Virus record (IMG/VR): IMGVR_UViG_3300021958_000036
Location: 1 to 64,000 of that record
Direction: 5' to 3' (one strand)
Origin: a virus
Lineage: Duplodnaviria; Caudoviricetes
DNA length: 64,000 bases
In this document: positions 19,607-30,437 of the stretch, piece after piece
Position numbering within the stretch: position 1 is the first letter of the stretch
Layout: the number at the start of each line of letters is the position of its first letter
The notes under the pieces: model-generated
What the model was told of the DNA's origin: nothing
The model's database searches: none
What the model saw: the letters and a program-made list of their open reading frames with translations, nothing else
Position numbers and translations under genes: made by a program

Positions 19607-22600
19607 TTAATCCTTCTTACCTGATCGTTTAACAGCTGAATTACCAGCATTTCTATACCTCAACTCACTCATTTCACCATTGTCAGGATGCGGATCTCCT
19701 GCAACATTCTTCATGATATCACCCACATTATAAAGAGGGGCTCTGTTATATCCAGAATGATCGAGACCAGGCGGAATATCGTGAATAACACTTAGATCAA
19801 AAGATATTTTGACACCCCGCGGAGCTCTTGAATTATGATCTATTTCCCAACCCTCAGCTACATCGCTTAACCAGTCAAAAGTTATACCCCCTAATGTACC
19901 AGCTAATCCTCTACCAAGAGAAGTTTCATAAGCACGGGTAACTGGATTGTTAAAAGGATCCATAAAAAGAGTTTCCTCGTTTGCATAAAGTGTTCTTAAA
20001 ATATCAACAGAAGAACCAAATCCTGTTATGTTTACTGCATCTTTAATAAAACTTAAACCATAGTCTGCAAGAGGCCCTATTCCTCCTCCTGCAATGCCTA
20101 AAAGTGCAGAAATAGCATATGTATTCAATAAGATTTGACCAGGTTCTGGAATAATATCAGCATGTTCACAAATTATATGTTTGCCTCTTAAATCTGGAGG
20201 TGCTGCGAAATCAATGATCTTAGCTTGATATTTAATATATTTTGACTTATATCTATCGGGAAGTGTCTTAGATGTTGTTTTTTGAAATGATGTCTCTGAT
20301 TCTTGCATGTTTTTATAGTCAACAGAAAGTTTTTCAACAACTCTTACTTTAAAAGGTCTTGTTGTTAATATTCTCTCACCTGTTTCATGAACAATATAAC
20401 CTTCGTTATTGTTTGCTTTTAAAAGCAGCTGTGCTAGCTTTGGATATCCTTTCTTTTCGCCTCTATTGTCAAGAATATTATCTGCAAGTCTACCAAGCCC
20501 ATCAAGCAAGTTTAGAGCAGGTAAGTCAGCTCTAAAGTCTAAGTCTTGATTTGGATCGATAAGCTGATCATAGATTAAACCATAAGTCAAAGGGTTGACA
20601 AAACCGTTTGCTAGAACCTCTGTCAAAGCATTTGTTATTGTGTTAAATGCTTTTTTAGTAAAGATATTGTTTCCAGCAGTTTTCTGAACAGCTGGGTTTG
20701 TTGCATATTGAATTGGTGAGCCGTAAAGTGCAACAAGCGCAGTTAATCCAATATCATTGATTGTATTTTTAATTTCATTTAATGTTCCTCGAAAATCATC
20801 AAGGTTTTCTAGCCCAGTATCAACAACAACGTTTGTGTCAGGATCTCCAATGCCATGAATTCTTGCTAAATTAAATCTAGAATAGTTTGACTTGATAACA
20901 TCACCAACCCTTAGCCTGACGAGTGGAGATCCAGCTAAAACTTGACTAAAGGGTTGAACAAATCTATTGTTTTTTCCTCTAGCAACCTCAGTACCCTTTG
21001 ACCATTGCGGGTATAGTAAAGTAACAACTTTATTAATCTTGTACCACATTGAATTAAAGTCTTCTTTTGATGTAGCATATAAAACAAAAGAAACTGAAAC
21101 GGTTCTAGATGTTTCGGAATATACCTGGACCGGATCTAGTCTTCCAAACCCGCTGCTTGGGTTAAACTTAGGTGTAATTCTATCTGTTAAAGATGTCAAG
21201 AAAGCATGAAAAGAAATTATCTCATTTGTTCTTAAATCCTGCAAATAGAAAGGAACATATTCAGCGTCAAGCCTGTCTTCAAGACCTTTAACAACTTCTT
21301 TTGGAATTCTTGCACCCGTACCGTCATTGTTTAAAGACATATAAGTATTTTTAGCCAAATCAGAACCAATCATTCCTCTAAATGGGTTGGCGCCAAAAAC
21401 AACATTGTCAAGTCTCGTTGCAGCCCTAATGACATTAACAGGCAAAAGATAAGCTGATGGTGTTTCATTTTGTGACCAAGCCAACTGTTTGTCGTGAAAA
21501 CCAAAGTCTTTTCTACTTTTACCGACGCGAGTTCCTGGACCATCTGGTAATGTATCAACATCTCTAGGATGCTTAATTTGCTTAGCATTCTTATCTAAAC
21601 CTTGACCAGCAAAAGCTTCTAAACTAACATCACCAATTGTTGCCATGGTGTTATAAAAACTAACTAATTTGTTCTTCTTAATTGCGTTCATCAACTTAAA
21701 AAATTGCTCACTATCGCTGCCTTGTATTTGAGACAATTCTTTAAACTCGTCAAGAATGTTGTCATAACTTTTTAATATTGAAGAAGCAACTGATAACCAG
21801 TAACCTGGAGCTTGTCTTATGTGAGATTGCTTAGCAATATCAGGTGGTTGTCCAGTCCCAAATATAATTTTTAAACCTCTATCAACACAAGTCTTGTATG
21901 GGTGTTTTGTTTTAACTAGGATCATCTGCTTGAGCAGGTCTAGCCTGAGATTATAAAGTGATCTGGATTGACCCAAAATAAAAGGACCGGCAGTTGACAT
22001 ATCATAATTGTCTCTATTAATAACGCCCTTTACTTTTTCCATAATTGACTGATCTTTGTAAATTAAATATTCAAGAATTTGTTTATAAAAGTTTTCAGCA
22101 ACAGTCATCAAAGCTTTGCATGCAATTGCTGCTTGAAGTTTATGTAGCCTGTGATTCTTGCCGTCAAAATGCAATTCTGAATTATATGTCTGACCAAAAG
22201 ATTTGGATGACTCTGAGTTAGGATCAGACCTTAAAAAGTCACCCTTTCCTTGCCTAACAGAATTTCCTGATTCATTTTCTGTAAAACCTTTTGCATTTTT
22301 AGATCTAATCTTTACGTTTTCAATCTTGTTAAAACTATTGTTACTATATCTGCTTGAAGCTATGTCTTCTTTTTCAAAATCAGTTGATAAGCGATTAATA
22401 GAAGCACTACTTCCAGGAGAATCACCATCATCATAACCAGAAGCTTTAAATAACAAAGAAGCACCAATGTCTTTTATCTCTTCTATTGTTGAAAGATATT
22501 GTTCTTTATTGTGTGTACCAAACTCATTATTGATTAGATAAGAATCACTATTTTCAAAATTATCAATGCTCACATTTTTTTGTGCGTGTGCCTTGCCTGT

Positions 22601-23182
22601 AACAACATTTGCAAATCTATTATTTTTTAACAGCAAGCTTTGTGTTGCTTTAACAACATCGCTATCAGTATCACCAGCTTGAGAAGGTAATGTTTGCCCT
22701 GTTTTATTTAACCCTGTACCCTGAATTGACTTATAAAGGTCATGCGCATTTGAGCTATTTCCCGTTTTGTCAATAAACGAACCAATTGGAACACCTGCAT
22801 CTCCAAATTGTTGACTGTTTGAGTTTTTGTTGAAATTATTTGCATTTTCTGTTCCTTGACCTAAGAAAACTTCATCTGCACCTTGTTCTTCAGCTAAGAC
22901 TAAACTATCCCCTCTGTTACTTGAAGCTGCTTTTTCATTACCCGGTGCAATACCAAATATTGAATTTGAGTTTTCAACAATATAGCTTAAATAGTCACCT
23001 AATAAACCAACATTTTCATTGTCTAAGTCTAATAATTCTCTATTTGTATTTGGATCTTTTCCTAAATCTTCTAATCCATTTGCCTGAACTGTTTCGCCCT
23101 GCGGGTTGTCTAATTTATAAGATACTGAATCTGCTTGTATTCCATTAGAATTTAAAAAATCTTTTAATGTTTCTCTAGCCAT
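19607..23182 (-). CDS. Baseplate / tube-initiator protein (gp48/gp54-like domain in a large protein)
   Basis: 'FHAFLTSLTD...GRLDPVQVYSETSRTVSVSF...P.VRLRVGD' tube-initiator-like region; start MARET at 23182 has a GAGG SD. Confidence 0.55.
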   Translation of the reverse strand: MARETLKDFLNSNGIQADSVSYKLDNPQGETVQANGLEDLGKDPNTNRELLDLDNENVGLLGDYLSYIVENSNSIFGIAPGNEKAASSNRGDSLVLAEEQGADEVFLGQGTENANNFNKNSNSQQFGDAGVPIGSFIDKTGNSSNAHDLYKSIQGTGLNKTGQTLPSQAGDTDSDVVKATQSLLLKNNRFANVVTGKAHAQKNVSIDNFENSDSYLINNEFGTHNKEQYLSTIEEIKDIGASLLFKASGYDDGDSPGSSASINRLSTDFEKEDIASSRYSNNSFNKIENVKIRSKNAKGFTENESGNSVRQGKGDFLRSDPNSESSKSFGQTYNSELHFDGKNHRLHKLQAAIACKALMTVAENFYKQILEYLIYKDQSIMEKVKGVINRDNYDMSTAGPFILGQSRSLYNLRLDLLKQMILVKTKHPYKTCVDRGLKIIFGTGQPPDIAKQSHIRQAPGYWLSVASSILKSYDNILDEFKELSQIQGSDSEQFFKLMNAIKKNKLVSFYNTMATIGDVSLEAFAGQGLDKNAKQIKHPRDVDTLPDGPGTRVGKSRKDFGFHDKQLAWSQNETPSAYLLPVNVIRAATRLDNVVFGANPFRGMIGSDLAKNTYMSLNNDGTGARIPKEVVKGLEDRLDAEYVPFYLQDLRTNEIISFHAFLTSLTDRITPKFNPSSGFGRLDPVQVYSETSRTVSVSFVLYATSKEDFNSMWYKINKVVTLLYPQWSKGTEVARGKNNRFVQPFSQVLAGSPLVRLRVGDVIKSNYSRFNLARIHGIGDPDTNVVVDTGLENLDDFRGTLNEIKNTINDIGLTALVALYGSPIQYATNPAVQKTAGNNIFTKKAFNTITNALTEVLANGFVNPLTYGLIYDQLIDPNQDLDFRADLPALNLLDGLGRLADNILDNRGEKKGYPKLAQLLLKANNNEGYIVHETGERILTTRPFKVRVVEKLSVDYKNMQESETSFQKTTSKTLPDRYKSKYIKYQAKIIDFAAPPDLRGKHIICEHADIIPEPGQILLNTYAISALLGIAGGGIGPLADYGLSFIKDAVNITGFGSSVDILRTLYANEETLFMDPFNNPVTRAYETSLGRGLAGTLGGITFDWLSDVAEGWEIDHNSRAPRGVKISFDLSVIHDIPPGLDHSGYNRAPLYNVGDIMKNVAGDPHPDNGEMSELRYRNAGNSAVKRSGKKD

Positions 23183-23387
23183 TTTCAGCCTCTTTAAGTA
23201 ATATTTCAACTGATTCTTGCATATTTACAAAATTTTCTGATTTAAAAAATTCTAAAATATTTTGTAAATCACTATGAGTTTTATCTATAAATTTATCTAA
23301 TAACAATGATTCTTCTTCAGTTAAATCTTCTAAAGAATTTTTAAATTTATATAACTCATCTAATAATTCTAATTTTCTTTCTTTCAT
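23175..23387 (-). CDS. Small hypothetical protein
   Basis: 70 aa, translationally coupled between the tape measure and baseplate genes. Confidence 0.55.
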   Translation of the reverse strand: MKERKLELLDELYKFKNSLEDLTEEESLLLDKFIDKTHSDLQNILEFFKSENFVNMQESVEILLKEAENG

Positions 23388-25682
23388 TTATTCAGACCTT
23401 GATATTTGAATAGCTCTTCCATCATAAGTCTCAGGAGATTCAACAATACCTTTCTTTACAATGTCAACTAAATTCCTACTATCAATATTAACACTAGTTA
23501 CTTCATTCTTAGAAGCAATGCTATTATTTGAAACATTTAATTTTTGTAACTCAACAACAACATTCTCTATTATCGGTTTTAAAACATCATTTATTAATGC
23601 AACATTTTTCTCATGAGTATCTTCAGATGCTTCAGATATTTTATTTGTAATTTGCTCATATTTTTGAGTAACAGATTCAGATGTAATTCCAGTTTCAACA
23701 GCTTCTGTCAATCCCTTAATATCATCAGCAACACCCAAGTCTCTGATTCCATCAACAAACGACATTCCAAAGTCTTTACCTAAAGCAAATCCTTCATCTG
23801 AAACCTGAGAACTTAAATTGTCATCCATCATTCTTATTAAACTTGCACCCTCTTCGGGATTAACAACATCACTGAGTAAATCCATCAATGAGTTTTCTTC
23901 TACTGCAGTTCTAACACCTAAATCAAATGAATTACCAATTGCAAAACCAAATTGCTCTATACCCGGTAAAAACTCTGAATAGTTTGCTGGGTCTCCAACT
24001 GAAGAAACAATCTCTTGCCAGAACGGTGGCAAACTTTGTGGCAATTGACCAGCTTCTTGCAACATGTTAGTTTGACCGTCAATATAAGCACTAGCACCGT
24101 CAACACCAAGAGAACTTAGTTTGCTTGTAAACTCAGCTCCGTCGCCATCTCCAAATGTAAGCATTGAAGATAAATCAAAAGCATATTCACCAGATCTTAT
24201 CTTGTCATTAAAAGTTTCAAACTGAGCATTAAAGTCACCCATAAATCCTGAAAATTGCTCACCAAGCTCTGGAAGTTGAATAGCAGCTGTAATACTACTG
24301 TTTAAATCAGACATATTTGTTGCTGCCCTGTAGGCTTCATTAGCTAGCGGTAGCAACGCTCTTTTTCTTAGCTTCTCTAGCGCATCTGCAGATTTCTCTG
24401 AATAACCCTCAACATCTGTAAGATTTTTAGTTACCTCAGCAAAAGCTTTTCCCGTATCAATAACAGCATCTTTTGTTGTTTTTTGTGATGCAGCTATAGC
24501 TTCCCCATCTTTTAGGGGTCTTTCTGTGTCAATTAGGCCGAATATCTGGTTAAAGTCAACGCCTGATGGGAATGCTGCTGCTAATTGACGCTGCTTTGCT
24601 TTTGACATTGATTTAAATCTATCTGCTGTAAATCCCTGAGATATAAATTGATTTCTTAAATACTCAGCAAGTTCTTCGGGCTTCTCATTTGCAATATAGG
24701 TGAGCTCAAATGCATCCATTTGAACACCGGCAATTTGAGAAAACTTGGCTGCTGTCTCTGCTGATGTTCCAAAATCAATAAAACCTCGTTGAAGATTACT
24801 TAAGTCTTCAAACTTTAAACCTAATTGTGTCAGTGATGCAGCAGCTCGAGTCGCTTCTTCTGCTGTAACAAAACCAAAAGTTTTAGTATCAGCAATCATT
24901 TGAGTTGCAAACTCAGCTATTTTTTGCTGAGGAACGTTTATTTCATCTGAAATATTGTTGGCATAAGCTGCAACATTATCTAATATTTCTGTAGAAGCCT
25001 TTCCTGTTGAAACAATTTGTGCTTCTAAAACCTCAGCAATTGTACCAGCAGAAACCCCTAATGCATCAGAGTAAGCCGGAATCTTTGAAAGTGTAGCTTC
25101 GTCCATGTTTTTGACATATGTACCATGCTGGGTTTCCAAAAGTCCTATAACAGCTTGTTGCTTTGTAACGATCTCAGATGAGCTTTCAAAGTACTTATCA
25201 AAGTAATTAGTTATTCCTTCAGATTGTAAACCAAGTTGTTGAGTTAACCTCTGTCCTTCACCCTCAGCATCGACAAAGGCACCTTCAAGAGCATAATATC
25301 TTTCAATTGCTCTTAACGCAGAATCTGAAGAATTCTCAATCTCACTTGATACACCACCGTAAGCTTGTTGAATCCTATTAATGTTTTCAATTAATCCGCC
25401 AAAGTCTTCTTCAAAAGCAGCAATTGACTGGTCATAGGTATTAACAACAGCACTGGGTAGTTTTGAAAGAGAACCAACAATTGTTCTCCCACTTTCTTCT
25501 GCTCTAGATAAGTTGCGACGATATTCAGCAGATGCTTGTGTTTGTCTTTGAATATCTGCTTGGTTAGGTTCAATTCTTGTTCTTGTTCTAGAGCCTCCAC
25601 CCAAATCTGCGTCTTTAAATATATTTGAGAACATAGTCTCAATTTCTGACTGAGTCATATCTGCAAATTTAGGATCTGGCAT
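23388..25682 (-). CDS. Probable tail tape measure protein
   Basis: 764 aa, helical and Ala/Gln-rich; canonical position after tube and chaperone. Confidence 0.6.
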   Translation of the reverse strand: MPDPKFADMTQSEIETMFSNIFKDADLGGGSRTRTRIEPNQADIQRQTQASAEYRRNLSRAEESGRTIVGSLSKLPSAVVNTYDQSIAAFEEDFGGLIENINRIQQAYGGVSSEIENSSDSALRAIERYYALEGAFVDAEGEGQRLTQQLGLQSEGITNYFDKYFESSSEIVTKQQAVIGLLETQHGTYVKNMDEATLSKIPAYSDALGVSAGTIAEVLEAQIVSTGKASTEILDNVAAYANNISDEINVPQQKIAEFATQMIADTKTFGFVTAEEATRAAASLTQLGLKFEDLSNLQRGFIDFGTSAETAAKFSQIAGVQMDAFELTYIANEKPEELAEYLRNQFISQGFTADRFKSMSKAKQRQLAAAFPSGVDFNQIFGLIDTERPLKDGEAIAASQKTTKDAVIDTGKAFAEVTKNLTDVEGYSEKSADALEKLRKRALLPLANEAYRAATNMSDLNSSITAAIQLPELGEQFSGFMGDFNAQFETFNDKIRSGEYAFDLSSMLTFGDGDGAEFTSKLSSLGVDGASAYIDGQTNMLQEAGQLPQSLPPFWQEIVSSVGDPANYSEFLPGIEQFGFAIGNSFDLGVRTAVEENSLMDLLSDVVNPEEGASLIRMMDDNLSSQVSDEGFALGKDFGMSFVDGIRDLGVADDIKGLTEAVETGITSESVTQKYEQITNKISEASEDTHEKNVALINDVLKPIIENVVVELQKLNVSNNSIASKNEVTSVNIDSRNLVDIVKKGIVESPETYDGRAIQISRSE

Positions 25683-25720
25683 ATGCTTTCCTTTGTATAC
25701 AATCTAATTATAAGTATTAC

Positions 25721-25972
25721 TTACTTAAATTTGTTGGACATCATCTCCTCAAATTTTGAAAGCTTGTCCATGTTCTCACTTGCAGATTGATTACTTGCTG
25801 GTTGTCCTTTTGCTGCTTGATTTCTTTGCTCAAAATCTTTAATCAAACGCTCTAAAAACCACCGCCGATATCTAATTGGGAGGCTCCTTACCGTCTGGTA
25901 ATCCATACCGAGGTGTCGCTGTAGTAAAAACGCTTCTTCAAGAAACGCTTCTTTCCAGCTATGTGTCGGGCC
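25721..25972 (-). CDS. Tail chaperone C-terminal extension (probably reached by frameshift)
   Basis: Open +1 frame overlapping the end of the upstream gene at GAA TTT TTT TGG; 'EEAFLLQRHLGMDYQTVRSLPIRYRRWFL'; no SD-led start. Confidence 0.6.
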   Translation of the reverse strand, partial: GPTHSWKEAFLEEAFLLQRHLGMDYQTVRSLPIRYRRWFLERLIKDFEQRNQAAKGQPASNQSASENMDKLSKFEEMMSNKFK

Positions 25973-26789
25973 AAAAAAATTCGGTGGTAACGGGTAATCC
26001 AATTTTGTTATGATGACCACAGTTACTACAACTGTATTCTGTAGCCATATCAATACCCGGTTCATTTTCATTAATGAACTTTCTTAAAGCCTTAGAATCG
26101 CGTGCTGGCATAAACTTAACGAAGTGTTTAATCTTCATCCGATCTGTAATGTTATCAACTGCTACAATACAATTCTCTAAAAGTGATGTAACACCATTAT
26201 CTAAGTTTCCTTCAGTTTGCTCTCTCATAAACTGACGACTAGCTCTTCTTTCTTTCTCATCTTTTGCAGTTAAAAACTTAAACTTAACTGTCTTCTTTGT
26301 TACAGGCAACTTAAAAGAAAATTCATTTTTACCCATTTCAGTAGGTTGAATACTCAATCTTTTAATACCCAAACCAGATAAATCAACATTCAGTGAGTTT
26401 CTATGTTCACAGTTTTCACACGTAGATTTGATTGAATAATCAGTCCCATAACCCGTAATACGAATAGCTACCATTAAAGCATTTCTGTCGCCAGCAATCA
26501 TGTCTTCAACATCAATGCCTTGCTCAATCAAACAAGATCTAATAAGCCATGTAGTTACAACACCGTCTTTAATGAGAGCTTGAGATGTAAGAATGTCTTC
26601 GTCTTGTGCAGTCATTGCTCTGATTTTTAATGTTTCTCTGTTGTAAAGAGCAGAATCAGGATGGTAAATTACACCTTGTGAAGGCAAAGGCACACTTTCA
26701 ACTGGTATTTCCCAGCCAAAATCATTTTTCATAATATCGTTTTTAGGCAAATGATTTGCCTGCTCTTTTGTAAATAAACCTGATGACAT
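25959..26789 (-). CDS. Baseplate hub / tail assembly chaperone (T4 gp26-like)
   Basis: 'VPLPSQG..Y', 'MTAQDEDIL', 'GDRNALMVAIRITGYG', two CxxC, ends 'FFWPDT'; start at 26789 (GGAG) because the longer ORF runs through a terminator. Confidence 0.7.
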   Translation of the reverse strand: MSSGLFTKEQANHLPKNDIMKNDFGWEIPVESVPLPSQGVIYHPDSALYNRETLKIRAMTAQDEDILTSQALIKDGVVTTWLIRSCLIEQGIDVEDMIAGDRNALMVAIRITGYGTDYSIKSTCENCEHRNSLNVDLSGLGIKRLSIQPTEMGKNEFSFKLPVTKKTVKFKFLTAKDEKERRASRQFMREQTEGNLDNGVTSLLENCIVAVDNITDRMKIKHFVKFMPARDSKALRKFINENEPGIDMATEYSCSNCGHHNKIGLPVTTEFFWPDT

Positions 26790-26803
26790 TCTTACTCCAA
26801 AAT

Positions 26804-26836
26804 AAAAAAAGTCTTTACTAAATTGTAAAGACTTTT
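26804..26836 (-). terminator. Terminator after the tail tube gene
   Basis: Minus strand AAAAGTCTTTAC-AATTTA-GTAAAGACTTTTTTT. Confidence 0.75.
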
Positions 26837-26860
26837 GATACAAAGTAAATTAAATTTATC

Positions 26861-27352
26861 TTAGAATTGTAATACACAGTTATCAAATGCAAGCGTAAGT
26901 GATATTGTCATGATATCACCGTCACCATAAGACAGCTGACCGAAGTTTGCAGTTTTAATAAATGCACCCTTAACATCCCATAGTTCAACAACTGTTCCAA
27001 CAGGATCAAGTAATTTAATTTGAACGTCTCTCTTGTAAAAATCAGCGTAACCAGAACGACCCGAAACAGATTCGTAATGAGTTCTAATCCATTCCATTAC
27101 TTGTTGTGCACCTGATGGAGCAATCGGATCATGAAGTTTAACTGATAAATCACCCATGTCAGCTCGACCAGTTGAAACCTTTCTATAAGAATTGATAAAA
27201 TCAATTTTCTTTTCACCTAATGTAAATGTGGGTCTGTTAACTTCTGTAATTAAGAATGCGTCAATACCTTCAATTGCCAGAACCCACCTATTAGTTCTTT
27301 TTGGTTCGAACTTGTTTGGTAGCATGTCGGTGACTGATAATGTTTCTGCCAT
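26861..27352 (-). CDS. Tail tube protein (gp19-like)
   Basis: 163 aa; 'FEPKRTNRW', 'HDPIAPSGAQQVMEW', 'YKRDVQIKLLDPVGTVVELW.VKGAF'. Confidence 0.88.
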   Translation of the reverse strand: MAETLSVTDMLPNKFEPKRTNRWVLAIEGIDAFLITEVNRPTFTLGEKKIDFINSYRKVSTGRADMGDLSVKLHDPIAPSGAQQVMEWIRTHYESVSGRSGYADFYKRDVQIKLLDPVGTVVELWDVKGAFIKTANFGQLSYGDGDIMTISLTLAFDNCVLQF

Positions 27353-27383
27353 TTTTTTCTCCTAAACTTTATAATATATATGT

Positions 27384-30300
27384 CTATAAAAGAGGTGATC
27401 CTGCATTTGTCACAACAAAGTCGAGAGAAACAAATTCTACTGTTCTTGTTGGTTGTAAGAAGATCTTTCCTCTAATTGTGTTGTTTTCAATATCTGCTTG
27501 TGTTGTTGTAGTTGTATCAATCACAACTTTATATCTGTCAACACCACTTTGTTCTTGAACTCTCTGAAGAATTGGATTAACAAGTGCAGAAAACTTCTCT
27601 AATGTCTCAGTTCTATTAGGTTCGAAAAGCAATGTGTTAGCAACATTTCTAACTTTTCTTCTAACATCTATGAGTAACCTTCTAACATTAATTCTATCCA
27701 ACGCAGATTGGCTCTGGAGCAATGTTTTTTGTCCCCATACTGTAATACCTGTACCTGGGAAAGCAGTAATAGGATTGATATCTGCGTCATAAAGATCATC
27801 AAGGTTAGCTCTGTTTAATCTTACATTTGTCATTTCAACAGCATTTAATCCACCACGTGTAAATCCAGCAGGAGCATACCAAGGATGACCAATTCTATCG
27901 TTTTGAGAGAAAGCACCAAGAACTGCAACTGAAGGAGGAACCGCTACAAGTCCGTTTGTTGTTGGATCTGCAACTGTAACGTTTGGAAAATAAGCTGCAG
28001 CAAATGACGTATCTAATACTCTGTTCTTAAAATCGTTAACTGTATTTAGAACGTGAGGAGACTGAACTGAAGATGTAATAACTGTATTAACTTGATCTCT
28101 TTCTTCAATATCCATGATGTACATTGCATCAAATCTATTTTCAACAGCTTGAATTGCATAATCAGTAATAGATGTGTGTCTCATGCCCGGGATTGCAAGA
28201 AGCTGAATATCAACATCTGTCTTAGATCCCATAATATCAACAGCTTTTCTAAACGAAGCAACAGTCGAACCAAATCTTCCACCTTGATTTGCTTCATCAT
28301 CAATTTCTCTTTTAGCAGCAGTATTTGTAAGCTTGTATTGATCAACATTAAAAATATTTGTTCCGTTGAAACCACCCTGCAATGGGAATGTGAACTTCGC
28401 AAATCTTCTGTTTGCAACTCTATCTAAATCGCTAACTCTAAATCCTCTTGTTTTATCATCTTCGTTTGCTGAAATGTCACTTGTAGCGTTTCTAACCAAT
28501 GAAGCACTAACCCAATATTCAGCATCAGCATATCCATCAGAGCCGGTTCTAACTTGAATCTTTTCAAGGCTGAATTGATTATGATTGAATAAGTCACAAT
28601 CAACAACGCCACCATTGATATTAGCTGCACCTGGGTTGTTACCAATAGCAAACCCTGTGGTGTCAATTCTATGTTCTGGGAAATGTTTAACATATGTGAA
28701 CAAACTCTCATCAAAAAGACCGGTTTTGTTTGGTTCAGTAGCTGATGTTTTTCTTGTTGGTTGAAGTCCCCAGTAAAGTCTAGAATCAACACGTTTGTTA
28801 AGATCAACACCAATTACCAAGTTTTCTCTATAAGGCGCTGGTGGTTCGACAATTCTTTGTGTTAGATCTGCTGAAGCATAAAGAGAATCTGCTTGAGCAG
28901 CAAGGAAAGAACCAGAGGTAACTAAGTGAGTCAAGCCTCTAAAACCAAAAGGTAGTGCTTCATCAGGAACTTCTTTCTTCTTAAGAGCATCAGATAGTTC
29001 AACTCTAATAAATCTTGATCTAACCGGATGAGTTCCATCAACAACAATTTTTTGAGATTCTGCATCGTTATCAAAGTTAAAGAAGATATGTTGATCGCCA
29101 ATTGCTCTTCCAATGAATCTATCAGAACCGGGATCTAAAGTTAATCCTCTAAAAGATTCAAGCACAACTTTTTCATCGTCAGTATCATCAAATCTTCTAA
29201 CTACTAAGTCAAAGTTACCAAACTTGCTTATATCAGAGGTTGATTTTCTCAAGTTTTCAATTGATATCTTGTATTGTGTTGCAGGACCTTCACCGTCTGA
29301 AAGTGCATGAACTCTAAAAAGATTATAAGGAGAATTACCAAACCGCTGTGATATTACATAAGGTGACTTAGCAGCTGTAAATCTATCTTTGAAATCTTCA
29401 TAATCAGGCACGTTACCGTAATTTACATTTGGGTCGGTTAGTGAAGAAACAACTGAAGAAGATAATAAAAGAGCAATGTCTTCTTTTGACTTATCATTAA
29501 CGCCTTTTGAATAAACGCCTTCTGTAATAGCGCCCGATCCCGTTACTGTTGCAAGTGTTGGATAAATATCATATTGTCCATAAAGTAAGTGACCCTCTGA
29601 TTCAAACTTAAGTGGATCTTTGTTTAAGACATTTCCAAAATAGTTTGTAGCAGTCATGTCAAAAGAAGCAGTAATTGCTGTTGGTTTTGCTGTAGATCCT
29701 TTGAAACCGTTTAATAACATAACGAATTCTTGAGAAGCAAGGTTTAATGAGCCTGTAAGTGCACCTTTTTGTCCCATCAAATCTCCGTTAGCTGCAACAG
29801 CAGTATCGGAATTTCCAGGTTTGTTAGAATTATTATTGTTACCACTCAGATGAAGAATAACACCACTCGGTGCTAATAAAACACCTCGAAGAATAGGGCT
29901 AGATTTATTTTCACCACTTTCTTGAATTCCTGCTGAGCTAAAAATGGTAGAACCATTAGATTCTGACATAAAAGCGCCAAGAAAATATGTTCTACCAACT
30001 GTAGCAGCAGCGTCAGATTCATTTGCGTAAGCGTTATCTCCTACTTGACCGTCATCTTGAACTTGTTGCCCACCAACAAAAAATCCAGCATTTGTAACAA
30101 CACCTGAGCTAGTTCTCTTTTTACCGTCACCTGCACCAAGAATTCTTAAGTAGGTAACAGCTCTTGCATTCTTTAACCACTCGTTAACAGCAAGCGGTCC
30201 AAATTTCTCTCCATCAGTTTCGCCAAAAACCGATACAAACTCTGAAAAGTTTGCAAAAGTAACAGGCACAAAAGCAGGTCCCCCAACCGATGTACCAATA

Positions 30301-30398
30301 ACACCAGCAGGAATGCCTTGAGGTCCGGTAACAGTAGGTCCGGAAAGATCAATCTCTCTTGTGCTCACACCTGCTGATCTGAATGTTAATTCTGCCAT
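27384..30398 (-). CDS. Tail sheath protein, paralog B
   Basis: 'SAGVSTREIDL', 'PWYAPAGFTRG', 'WGQKTL...SALDRINVRRLL', 'PTRTVEFV'. Confidence 0.9.
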   Translation of the reverse strand: MAELTFRSAGVSTREIDLSGPTVTGPQGIPAGVIGTSVGGPAFVPVTFANFSEFVSVFGETDGEKFGPLAVNEWLKNARAVTYLRILGAGDGKKRTSSGVVTNAGFFVGGQQVQDDGQVGDNAYANESDAAATVGRTYFLGAFMSESNGSTIFSSAGIQESGENKSSPILRGVLLAPSGVILHLSGNNNNSNKPGNSDTAVAANGDLMGQKGALTGSLNLASQEFVMLLNGFKGSTAKPTAITASFDMTATNYFGNVLNKDPLKFESEGHLLYGQYDIYPTLATVTGSGAITEGVYSKGVNDKSKEDIALLLSSSVVSSLTDPNVNYGNVPDYEDFKDRFTAAKSPYVISQRFGNSPYNLFRVHALSDGEGPATQYKISIENLRKSTSDISKFGNFDLVVRRFDDTDDEKVVLESFRGLTLDPGSDRFIGRAIGDQHIFFNFDNDAESQKIVVDGTHPVRSRFIRVELSDALKKKEVPDEALPFGFRGLTHLVTSGSFLAAQADSLYASADLTQRIVEPPAPYRENLVIGVDLNKRVDSRLYWGLQPTRKTSATEPNKTGLFDESLFTYVKHFPEHRIDTTGFAIGNNPGAANINGGVVDCDLFNHNQFSLEKIQVRTGSDGYADAEYWVSASLVRNATSDISANEDDKTRGFRVSDLDRVANRRFAKFTFPLQGGFNGTNIFNVDQYKLTNTAAKREIDDEANQGGRFGSTVASFRKAVDIMGSKTDVDIQLLAIPGMRHTSITDYAIQAVENRFDAMYIMDIEERDQVNTVITSSVQSPHVLNTVNDFKNRVLDTSFAAAYFPNVTVADPTTNGLVAVPPSVAVLGAFSQNDRIGHPWYAPAGFTRGGLNAVEMTNVRLNRANLDDLYDADINPITAFPGTGITVWGQKTLLQSQSALDRINVRRLLIDVRRKVRNVANTLLFEPNRTETLEKFSALVNPILQRVQEQSGVDRYKVVIDTTTTTQADIENNTIRGKIFLQPTRTVEFVSLDFVVTNAGSPLL

Positions 30399-30437
30399 CT
30401 AAATCTCCATTGAATATTCTTAAATTTAATTATACCT

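Noticed and set aside
25973-26071. N-terminal part of the 116-aa ORF 25721..26071 as a real start
   Set aside because: It overlaps the chaperone gene out of frame without an SD; a frameshift at the T7 run explains it better.
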